DNA of 64,000 bases, taken from assembly GCA_028030915.1 (NCBI GenBank), contig GCA_028030915.1_4867.1. One strand, written 5' to 3'. The notes under the pieces were generated by a model. The model was not told where the DNA came from. It did not search any database and worked only from the letters and a program-made list of their open reading frames with translations. Shown one piece after another: positions 18,969 to 26,790 of this stretch; positions within the stretch are counted from its first letter, which is position 1, and the number at the start of each line of letters is the position of its first letter. Made by a program: the position numbers and the translations under genes. The DNA is from a phage.

Positions 18969-19856
18969 ATGAAAAACGATTTGCATCTTGCGTATAAAAC
19001 CACATTCAACCACCCGCTGCATCTATCTTCCCCAGATTCAGTGCGTGCACACCTTGCTGACAAAGTCAGACTGATTGCACAGATTCCTGGTGAGTGGCCA
19101 AAGGTTCGTGGTCGCTTCTTGACCGACAAGAAGAACTACACCGTAGAAAATACGTTTAAGATCCGTGATATGGTTGCAGAGGCCATCGTTATCTTTAACG
19201 GCGATGGTAACTCTCGTGGCGTGTTAGTCGACGGTAAGTATTTCTTCAGTGAAGGGATTTTGAACAACAGCGTCGATTTAGAACTGATGTTTACACCGTT
19301 TGACGAACTTGAAGCAAAACCGATGGCGCGCCGTTGGTGGAGTCCGGACTATCTGGGCTCGTTCCCTTACTACTTTGTACTGGTACCTGCCGATACGGAA
19401 ACGTATTTCGACACCGAACCATACATCGATATCGAGGGGTATAAAGAACTCGGCATCACCCGTTTAGCGGACATGATGGCGTATAGCTATAAGTTCGTGT
19501 GGGATAAAAAGCGTTCTGTCTGGTATGCACTGACTGACGATTTCGAAATCACCAAACGTATTCGTAAACCGTGGATGCAACATCTGGTTCAAACCCGATA
19601 TGGGGATTATCCGGCGACGGAAGCGGATTTGAGTAAGCTGGTAAGTTTCCTCTTAACGAAGGTGGATTTAACGAAAGAAGAAGCAGAAGCTGTTTCTGAG
19701 ATTCGTGGTCGTTCGGTAACGTTGGCCGATTTGAAACGCCTGAACGAAAGACACGCCGACCTGAACAAAATTTTAGCTGCCTATCACGACCCGATGTTAC
19801 TGGTGCCCGGCGCTAATGTAGACGAAGATCCTTTATTCGCCATTGATTATATTTAA
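18969..19856 (+). CDS. hypothetical protein (295 aa) between the Cys-rich peptides and the radical-SAM genes
   Basis: ATG at 18969 with ggag SD, 22 nt after peptide 3; no recognisable motif; position suggests a role in the cluster. Confidence 0.6.
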   Translation: MKNDLHLAYKTTFNHPLHLSSPDSVRAHLADKVRLIAQIPGEWPKVRGRFLTDKKNYTVENTFKIRDMVAEAIVIFNGDGNSRGVLVDGKYFFSEGILNNSVDLELMFTPFDELEAKPMARRWWSPDYLGSFPYYFVLVPADTETYFDTEPYIDIEGYKELGITRLADMMAYSYKFVWDKKRSVWYALTDDFEITKRIRKPWMQHLVQTRYGDYPATEADLSKLVSFLLTKVDLTKEEAEAVSEIRGRSVTLADLKRLNERHADLNKILAAYHDPMLLVPGANVDEDPLFAIDYI

Positions 19857-19878
19857 AAATATACTGGAGCAACCTGCA

Positions 19879-20793
19879 ATGACAGATCAAGTAGAATCCA
19901 GGATCTCGTCTGAACTGTACGACAAACCGTCAATTCTGTCGGTTGTCGCAACTTCTAAGTGTAACTTAGACTGTAGCTTCTGTGGAGGGGCTTATTACAT
20001 GGATAGAGAAGATACTTCTCGTGAGTTTCAACGTGAAGAGATTCTCTCGATTTTAGAGAAGAATCCGGATATCGGTGAGATTCATTGGACGGGCGGTGAG
20101 CCGCTGTTAGCGCAGCGCAAGATTGAAGACTTCGTGAACGAGTTGAAGGAGTCTCATCCGAACCTCCGTCATCACATGTACACCAACGGTTTAAAGATGC
20201 GTAAATCACATCTGCCGTTGCTGAAACAGTTCGACCTTATCTTTGTGTCCATTGACGGCTACAAGAAGTCGGAACGTCCGTTTATGAACTTTGTAAACGG
20301 TGGTAATCATGAAGCGCTGGAAGTGCTGTACGAGCTGGACAACTATTACACCTGGGGTGTGATGACGCGTGACCAGTTAGGTGATAAACGCTGGTACGAA
20401 GATTTCATCGAGCTGCACCGAGCAATCTATCATTACCGTCCAGGTGGGATGTCGTTGCTGTTTGATGCGATGATGCCGAAACCGTTATCGCCAGACCACG
20501 TCATGAACTTCATGTACGGGTATTGGAAAATACTCGACAATATCGAACGCCTTAACATGCAGAACGATTCTGAATGTGGGCTTGCGATCAGTAAAATGTT
20601 CGATACCGAGTGCAACACGTGCAGTGAAGTTCTGTGGCTTAACGCCGACGGTACGCAGGAGCAAATTCAGAACGCCCCAGAGATATTGGAAGTCGGCTGT
20701 AATCGCCTGGCGCGTTCTATCGGCGTTGATGCGTATAACTACATCAACCGTGTAATTTCTGCTAAGCGTAAACGGGCGGCGAACAATGAGTAA
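19879..20793 (+). CDS. radical SAM enzyme (about 304 aa)
   Basis: start refined to ATG 19879 (ctggag SD; the listed start is TTG at 19843); canonical CNLDCSFC (CxxxCxxC) cluster motif; GGEPLL motif; C-terminal Cys group ECNTCSEV...VGCNRL. Confidence 0.75.
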   Translation: MTDQVESRISSELYDKPSILSVVATSKCNLDCSFCGGAYYMDREDTSREFQREEILSILEKNPDIGEIHWTGGEPLLAQRKIEDFVNELKESHPNLRHHMYTNGLKMRKSHLPLLKQFDLIFVSIDGYKKSERPFMNFVNGGNHEALEVLYELDNYYTWGVMTRDQLGDKRWYEDFIELHRAIYHYRPGGMSLLFDAMMPKPLSPDHVMNFMYGYWKILDNIERLNMQNDSECGLAISKMFDTECNTCSEVLWLNADGTQEQIQNAPEILEVGCNRLARSIGVDAYNYINRVISAKRKRAANNE

Positions 20794-22114
20794 CAGCGAA
20801 CAGCAAATCCAGTACACACCACGCACATATCAGGTCGTGACTAACTTGTCATGTAACCTGGACTGCGAATACTGCTACGAGCGTAAATACCCACGCAACA
20901 ACAAAGTAGCTGACGTGATTGATTTTATCCACGCTTGCTTCGAGCGTGATAAAGATATCCCGAACGTTGAAGTCATCATCGATATCATCGGTGGTGAGCC
21001 GTTCATGCAGCCTAAACTTCTTTTGGCGGCCTTTGAAACCGCAGAGAAGTTATGTGCAGAACACAATCGCCCGTATATGTTCAGTATCTCCACGAACGGT
21101 ACGCTTCTGGACCGTCCGCTGAACAAAGAAATTATCGAGCGCTGGAAAGACAAACTGTCTATTGGGGTCTCCATCGATGGTTTACCTGAAATCCATGACA
21201 AATATCGTATCTTTACCACGACGCGTGAAGGGTCGTACGAAGCTGCGGTACGCGGTTACAATTACCTGAAGAGTGTTGGCATCGCTGAGCTGGGCGTAAA
21301 GGCGACGTTTACGATCGATACATTGCCGCACTATGCCGCCAGCATGAAATCGTTAATTGACATGTCCGGCGGTGGTACCATTTCTGGTAACGTAACGTAC
21401 GAAGATATCCTGCCGCGCCATATGGCGTTGGATATCGCGAACCAGATGATGGACGTGATGGACTACTGGATTGAGAAGGGTCTGCACACCAACCCGCGTA
21501 ACACGATTACGCACATCATCCCGGATGGCCTGAACTTTATGGCAACTTGGGACCCGGATTGGCGTGACAAACTCTTACATGACGACTCTGTTCGTCTCGA
21601 CCCAGAACGCCTGAAACCGTACTGCGGTACGTTGACGCACATGACCTGTCTCGGCTTTGATCGCAAGATTTACGGTTGTAACCGTTTCATGTCCACGGTA
21701 ACTTCCCGTTCTGCTGTAGCAGAACTGGTCGGTCGTGAGTTTGTGAGCCTGGACGGTGGTAAGCTGTTAGAAGAGATTCAAACGCAGTACACCAACTACC
21801 CAGAAACCTGTTTAGGGTGTCCGATGAAACACAGCTGCGGTAGCTGCGCAGCAGCATCGTACGAAAACGGTGAAGGTACACTGGAAGACCGTAAAGCGTA
21901 TCACGCCGAGCGTCGTCAGTGTGGTTGGACTACTGCGAAGCTGATGGCGGCGGAATATTGGTATCAGAAAACTGGTACGACCCGCGCATCAGATTTGCAC
22001 GATAAATCCATGTGCTATTGTTCACGTTGTGTACGCCAACGTGCTGAAGCAGAAAAATTACAAAACGGAGCCCAGAATGAAGTCAATACTGATTCACAAT
22101 TTTACGAAGCGTAA
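20786..22114 (+). CDS. radical SAM enzyme with SPASM-like Cys-rich C-terminal domain (442 aa)
   Basis: start overlaps the upstream stop (ATGAGTAA, translational coupling); CNLDCEYC motif; GGEPFM; C-terminal Cys cluster YCGTLTHMTC...GCNRF...CLGCPMKHSCGSCAAA...RQCGW...CYCSRC. Confidence 0.8.
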   Translation: MSNSEQQIQYTPRTYQVVTNLSCNLDCEYCYERKYPRNNKVADVIDFIHACFERDKDIPNVEVIIDIIGGEPFMQPKLLLAAFETAEKLCAEHNRPYMFSISTNGTLLDRPLNKEIIERWKDKLSIGVSIDGLPEIHDKYRIFTTTREGSYEAAVRGYNYLKSVGIAELGVKATFTIDTLPHYAASMKSLIDMSGGGTISGNVTYEDILPRHMALDIANQMMDVMDYWIEKGLHTNPRNTITHIIPDGLNFMATWDPDWRDKLLHDDSVRLDPERLKPYCGTLTHMTCLGFDRKIYGCNRFMSTVTSRSAVAELVGREFVSLDGGKLLEEIQTQYTNYPETCLGCPMKHSCGSCAAASYENGEGTLEDRKAYHAERRQCGWTTAKLMAAEYWYQKTGTTRASDLHDKSMCYCSRCVRQRAEAEKLQNGAQNEVNTDSQFYEA

Positions 22115-22643
22115 ACTGCACTTGGTCGATCGCTTCCTGCGCAAAAGCAAGCTGTACAATGTGCACGCAATTGTGGCAGGGGAAGACTTCACTGATGAAA
22201 TCCAAAGCCTGTTGATTAAATACGGGCTGAATGTGATGATCCCGGTCTACTGCGTTGAGAAAGGACACGAGTCTGTCGCGGAAATCGAAAAGCGCAACCC
22301 TGGCTTTGAGAAGCGACTGCTTGCATACCCACGCCACAAAATCGAACTGCTACGACACTCTATTGATGAAGCCAGTCCTGAAAGTTTAGTGGCATTGGGC
22401 TTGTCTTTCCCGCGGATGCGTATTCGTAACTTACGCTCCAATAACCCGGTTGACGCTTATTACACAGAGCGTCAAATCTTCGAAGAACACCTGCTCCCGC
22501 AGTTGGAAGAAGAAGAGCAACACAACATTTCTCTGTTGTGGGCCGGTAACCTCGATCAGGACTTCCAGATGCTGGACTTCGGTTTGTTGTTAGAACTTGG
22601 CCTGATTGAGGAGGACGAATGTCTGTTACTGACAAAAGCTTAA
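22077..22643 (+). CDS. hypothetical protein (188 aa from refined start)
   Basis: ATG 22077 with acggag SD; overlaps the radical-SAM 3' end by 38 nt in another frame; no motif recognised. Confidence 0.5.
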   Translation: MKSILIHNFTKRKLHLVDRFLRKSKLYNVHAIVAGEDFTDEIQSLLIKYGLNVMIPVYCVEKGHESVAEIEKRNPGFEKRLLAYPRHKIELLRHSIDEASPESLVALGLSFPRMRIRNLRSNNPVDAYYTERQIFEEHLLPQLEEEEQHNISLLWAGNLDQDFQMLDFGLLLELGLIEEDECLLLTKA

Positions 22644-23290
22644 CGAACGAAGAGATCCGCGCCCGTTATTTCCAGCGTGATTTGCCGATTGATCGTCACG
22701 GTAATTTCATGGAACGAATCGGTGCGCAGGATCAGGGCCGTACCGGATTTTGTGCATTACTCCATTACCATCTCATCGAAGGGATGTCTGATAAAGAAGC
22801 CCTGGCACGCATGAAGCTGTATGAGATGTCGGAGATTGAAGCTAACTTCACATTGAAACGCACGAAAGAGTTTATTGCTAATGTGCTGGAGATTGACCTC
22901 GACGAAATTCGCGGGAATCTGAAATCTACCGCACGTTACATTTACGAAGACGTGCAGAAGATGCTGTTGGAACTCGACCACCGCTACGAAGATGAGCGCC
23001 ATGGTTATATCGAGTTTGAAGGTAGTCACTTTCAAGCCGATGAATCGTCGCGTACCATCCTCGGTCAATACATTCAGGCAGATACCGCACCAGAATACTG
23101 GCTCGATACGCTGAATACTAAGCACAGTCCGTTTACAGTAGCCCAATGTAAAGCGTTGCTGGCCGCTATTGTTGCACGTGACCAAGTGTTGCACTCAGCA
23201 ATGGCAGATAACAAACGCCAAATCCGTGAGTTAGCTGAAAAGCGCGATTACACTGGATTAAAAACATTGTCCGAGTCACTCGGCATGTAA
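22619..23290 (+). CDS. hypothetical protein (223 aa), last gene of the + operon
   Basis: ATG 22619 with gaggagg SD, overlapping the upstream gene end; followed by a terminator. Confidence 0.6.
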   Translation: MSVTDKSLTNEEIRARYFQRDLPIDRHGNFMERIGAQDQGRTGFCALLHYHLIEGMSDKEALARMKLYEMSEIEANFTLKRTKEFIANVLEIDLDEIRGNLKSTARYIYEDVQKMLLELDHRYEDERHGYIEFEGSHFQADESSRTILGQYIQADTAPEYWLDTLNTKHSPFTVAQCKALLAAIVARDQVLHSAMADNKRQIRELAEKRDYTGLKTLSESLGM

Positions 23291-23348
23291 GCAAAGAAAA
23301 TAAAGGCCCTACCTCCCCGAAGGGAGGTAGGTACCTTTTATTTATTTC
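23291..23348. terminator. bidirectional rho-independent terminator at the convergence point of the + and - modules
   Basis: hairpin cctacctccc-cgaa-gggaggtagg (23308..23331) flanked by A-rich and T-rich runs; between the 23290 (+) stop and the 23372 (-) stop. Confidence 0.6.
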
Positions 23349-23371
23349 TTAGAAACTACTAAGTTGTTTTG

Positions 23372-23899
23372 TTAAACGAATCCGTCCAGTTCACCGTTGG
23401 TGGTGCTCAGGTCAGTTTTAACGATTGGCTGCGTTACAGTATAAACTGCAAGGCTGGCAGGTTGGTATTTAATGTGGCCTTCTTTCACCATAACAGTGAT
23501 GATTTTCTCACCACTGTCGCCGTCCTCGCGTGAAATGGTGAGTTCAGACAATGCAAACGCATCTTCCGTTTTACCGGCGGCAATTAGATCTGCGTTGACA
23601 AAAGCAAGCACTTCTTCATCGGTATCCCATTCTGCCTGGTCAGCGGTAACTGCTTTCGCACCGATGATGTTCAATGAATCGAGGCGGGTGTAATGCAGCT
23701 CTTTCTCGCCAGTAAAGTTAGCGGATTCCGCGGTGGCAGTGATGGTGAGTTTGGAGTTGCGAGTGTCTCCAGAATCTGCTGGTGAATAGTCAGCAACAGC
23801 GCCGAATGTAACGTCAGCAGTAGTTAACGGACTAGACAGTCCGCTGTTTGCAGCATTAAACAGCGCGACGAGTTGGTCTTTTGCAGAGATGACTGCCAT
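23372..23899 (-). CDS. paralog-family protein, short member with C-terminal NGELDGF tag (175 aa)
   Basis: N-terminus MAVISAKDQLVALFNAANSG resembles the family N-terminus; C-terminus TDLSTTNGELDGFV matches the tag of the A-type proteins. Confidence 0.6.
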   Translation of the reverse strand: MAVISAKDQLVALFNAANSGLSSPLTTADVTFGAVADYSPADSGDTRNSKLTITATAESANFTGEKELHYTRLDSLNIIGAKAVTADQAEWDTDEEVLAFVNADLIAAGKTEDAFALSELTISREDGDSGEKIITVMVKEGHIKYQPASLAVYTVTQPIVKTDLSTTNGELDGFV

Positions 23900-24022
23900 G
23901 GTTGTTTCCTTATAGTAGGTTTGTGGTGCATACTAAATCGTTCTAAAAACAACATAGTGGGCTTAATATGACAGTAAAGTTGGCTGTTAAACGAGAAAGT
24001 TTTTACCACTGAAAGGTACTCT

Positions 24023-24514
24023 ATGAAACGTCTATTTATCGTATTCGCGATTATAAACCTGTTGGCCGGTTGTGTTCAGTCGCCAAGCAACATAGGACAA
24101 TTTAGCGCCACACCAGTAAAGAATCACGACTTGGTGATTTATACATGCACAGGGACGCAGGAGAAGTTTGTAGACTACCGTCCGGTACTGGACAACCTAC
24201 AAATGATGCCGCGGTCAGTAACAGTAATGGATGTGGGTGCAAACTGGGTAGCAGCGTGGGACGGTGGCAAACTAGAGTCACCGATGATGTTTAAAGATAC
24301 AATTGGCAAAATCGACGGGAATGTTAATACCACCACAGGTGAGCGTTATTACCGTATTAATAAAACCGTAAACGATAGCCCCACTTACTCTTTTTCGGAT
24401 GTGAACCCGTATACCGGCGAAGGTAAAGGGATGACATTCTTTCGCTGCAGCAGCGGGTTTATCGGTGAAGTTCCTACTCCGATTACGATTGTTCCGTTAG
24501 AAGAAAATAAATAA
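24023..24514 (+). CDS. putative lipoprotein (163 aa)
   Basis: N-terminal signal peptide with lipobox MKRLFIVFAIINLLAGC; followed by a terminator. Confidence 0.65.
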   Translation: MKRLFIVFAIINLLAGCVQSPSNIGQFSATPVKNHDLVIYTCTGTQEKFVDYRPVLDNLQMMPRSVTVMDVGANWVAAWDGGKLESPMMFKDTIGKIDGNVNTTTGERYYRINKTVNDSPTYSFSDVNPYTGEGKGMTFFRCSSGFIGEVPTPITIVPLEENK

Positions 24515-24516
24515 TG

Positions 24517-24560
24517 CTTACCCACTCCCGTAAGGGGAGTGGGTAAGGGCTTTATTTACC
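24517..24560 (+). terminator. rho-independent terminator
   Basis: 13-bp stem cttacccactccc / ggggagtgggtaag followed by ggctttattta. Confidence 0.6.
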
Positions 24561-24639
24561 CTCTAAAACGCTCTGTAACGCTCTCTAAGCGCATTAAACG
24601 TATCAAATGATAAATGATATTACTTTTGATTAAAGTGGA

Positions 24640-25155
24640 TTAGATTTTAACTAGCTTGCTCCAATCGATGGGTTGTTGCTTAACCACTTTAACGGTACCA
24701 CGTGTCGGTGACCAGAAGGTGATATCAGGCTGGTTGCGTACGTCAACATGCAGCCAGGTAATATCGCACTCGATAAAGTGAATAAACGGAAACTCGTTAG
24801 GGTTCGCGGCAATATAGTCGTGTACTTTCTGCAACGGAGTATCAAGCATTGTTGCATCAAACGCATTACCGAATTTATGCATACTGCCTGATTCGGCGTA
24901 CAGTTTGTTTGCACGAGTTTGCCAATCGCCACCCTTTGGTTTCTCTTGATTAATAAAGAACTGCAGGGTACGCAGACTACGCTGTTGCTGGGAACTGGTT
25001 AAAATCACCATCCGCCCAAAACGATTACGAATCTGTTGGAGCGAGATTAGCAGTAACGGATTAAGGAAACGAATAGCACCTTCACCGTATTTCGCGATGT
25101 ACTCCTGCGGCATCAACTCTTTTAACGCGAAGTTGGCAGGATTCGGATGAAACAT
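24640..25155 (-). CDS. peptidase M15-family (L-alanyl-D-glutamate or D-Ala-D-Ala peptidase-like) cell-wall hydrolase
   Basis: zinc-ligand motifs SMHKFGNAFD (S-x-H-x-x-G-x-A-x-D) and WLHVD; aaggagag SD; 171 aa. Confidence 0.65.
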   Translation of the reverse strand: MFHPNPANFALKELMPQEYIAKYGEGAIRFLNPLLLISLQQIRNRFGRMVILTSSQQQRSLRTLQFFINQEKPKGGDWQTRANKLYAESGSMHKFGNAFDATMLDTPLQKVHDYIAANPNEFPFIHFIECDITWLHVDVRNQPDITFWSPTRGTVKVVKQQPIDWSKLVKI

Positions 25156-25164
25156 TTTCTCTCC

Positions 25165-25806
25165 TTAAGGGGTAGTCAGGAACGCACGTTTGATATTCAA
25201 ATACTGCACGTTTACCGGTTGCCCATTAGTAATGTCAACACGTTCGTGTTCAGGAATCGCTAACGTACGCGACGTTCTAAAGAACAGGTAGTTGCGATTA
25301 TAGGACAACGTCTTTTCTACCGGCCGGCTATAAACCACCTTAGAGTTATCGTCTACATAGGACGGCCAACCAAACTCGTGAACGGCATGGTAGAAGGACT
25401 TACGAATAAAGGTGTCAACGCCTAATGCCTCCATGATACGTAAGAACATCAGGTCAGCGAAAGTTTTGTCACATGCACGAGATAGATTACCTTCGACAGT
25501 GTCAGGGTAAAAGCCTACAGATGAACGTTTCTGGTAAAACAAATCATGCACACAAGCGGCAGCAGCCCAAGGCCCATCCGGATGCAGGATAGGACGTAAC
25601 GCTTCTGGAATGCTTGCCAGGTCCGTCACAAATCCTTTCGGTACCGTTACCCATAACGGGGTATCCGGATGCACACCTGCTAATGCTACCATCGCATCCA
25701 TTCCGGTCTGTTCACGATAGAGGCTGCGCAACGTAAACTCGAAATGGAAATCATCCGTGAGGATAAACCACGGCTTCTCTAACAACTTATACTTAAGTGC
25801 TTCCAT
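25165..25806 (-). CDS. DUF1353-family protein (213 aa)
   Basis: VTDLASIP and CVHDLFY motifs typical of DUF1353; lies between the muramidase and the M15 peptidase. Confidence 0.55.
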   Translation of the reverse strand: MEALKYKLLEKPWFILTDDFHFEFTLRSLYREQTGMDAMVALAGVHPDTPLWVTVPKGFVTDLASIPEALRPILHPDGPWAAAACVHDLFYQKRSSVGFYPDTVEGNLSRACDKTFADLMFLRIMEALGVDTFIRKSFYHAVHEFGWPSYVDDNSKVVYSRPVEKTLSYNRNYLFFRTSRTLAIPEHERVDITNGQPVNVQYLNIKRAFLTTP

Positions 25807-25813
25807 ACTGACC

Positions 25814-25906
25814 TCACGTCATATAACGCACGACCATCGTGAGGACCATTAATCCCAGTAAAATGGGCATTAAGCCTTTCGGCCAGTCGTCGTTGTCGTA
25901 TTGCAT
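25814..25906 (-). CDS. small hydrophobic peptide (30 aa), possible lysis-associated membrane peptide
   Basis: hand-found: ATG 25906 with ggaggg SD; MQYDNDDWPKGLMPILLGLMVLTMVVRYMT; stop 8 nt before the DUF1353 start; below the ORF-track cutoff. Confidence 0.3.
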   Translation of the reverse strand: MQYDNDDWPKGLMPILLGLMVLTMVVRYMT

Positions 25907-26094
25907 GGCTTTACCCTCCGACAGAAGATCGCACGTAATAGTTTGAAGAACCCAGAATCGTAATACGTTTCCGGAACGGTTTGTACTTCGGGGAACTTAG
26001 GCGGAGTTGGACGGTGGGTCATTACGTTTTCTCCTTGCGGCAAAAACAAGGGCGCGCCAGATAGCTTTCATTAAGGCAGCAAACCAATTCTGTT

Positions 26095-26712
26095 TCATTT
26101 GCACATCCCCAACTTAGCCACGTAGTCTGGCATTTCCTGATAGACGCGGCCATACCAGCCGTAAGTAAACTCTTCGTTATCCTCACGCCCTTCACTGATT
26201 TCCGTGTAGTACGCAACCTGATGACAGGTTAAAGCGAACATCAGTCGATTCAGGCCCTCTTCCCCACGGGCTTTGATGAAGCCTTCTAACGCTGTTAACG
26301 TACGTGGCCCGATACCACCATCGGCATCGATATCATCGTATAGTTTACCCTGACGGTTTAATACGTTCAGAATACGTTGCAGGGACTTGATACAGTTACC
26401 GCGTCCTGCGTTAATGCCGAAATCAAACATTCGGTCAGCTAGCAGGACATTCATTTTCATAATCTGGTCTAAACGCATCCGTTGCCACCAGAGTTTGTTG
26501 TAGATGTCTAACGCGGTTTCTAGGCTCAGGTCACGCATATCCCCTTTATAGCCATATTCACGCGCAGTGAGTTCAGTGACACCACGGTTCGTTGCTTTAC
26601 CCAAATCTTTCGGGTTATTAACGTAACCGGCTTCGATGTTTACTTTGGCACGAATAATGCCCTCTTTACTCCAACGATCGACCACGATAACCTCCTGCGT
26701 TGATAGGGTCAT
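26095..26712 (-). CDS. glycoside hydrolase family 108-like muramidase (lysozyme) with probable peptidoglycan-binding C-terminus
   Basis: IEAGYVNNPKDLGKATNRGVTELT resembles the GH108 EGGYVNDPxDPGGxTxxGIT signature; start refined to ATG 26712 because the listed start 26748 is encoded by the upstream terminator hairpin. Confidence 0.65.
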   Translation of the reverse strand: MTLSTQEVIVVDRWSKEGIIRAKVNIEAGYVNNPKDLGKATNRGVTELTAREYGYKGDMRDLSLETALDIYNKLWWQRMRLDQIMKMNVLLADRMFDFGINAGRGNCIKSLQRILNVLNRQGKLYDDIDADGGIGPRTLTALEGFIKARGEEGLNRLMFALTCHQVAYYTEISEGREDNEEFTYGWYGRVYQEMPDYVAKLGMCK

Positions 26713-26747
26713 AAAAAGAAAGCCTCTTCCCCGTGGGGAAGAGGGCA
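26713..26747 (-). terminator. rho-independent terminator (- strand) abutting the muramidase start
   Basis: - strand cctcttcccc-ac-ggggaagagg followed by ctttcttttt. Confidence 0.5.
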
Positions 26748-26790
26748 TGGGTTATTCTCAGGCTTTAACCCCGTCAAGTTCCTCGTTAAA

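Noticed and set aside
19843-19878. TTG-initiated N-terminal extension of the first radical-SAM gene
   Set aside because: It overlaps the upstream stop and lacks an SD; ATG 19879 with a ctggag SD is the more plausible start, though the extension cannot be excluded.
26022-26216. 64-aa - strand ORF overlapping the 3' end of the muramidase gene
   Set aside because: In another frame inside a gene with a recognisable GH108 motif; no SD; judged spurious.
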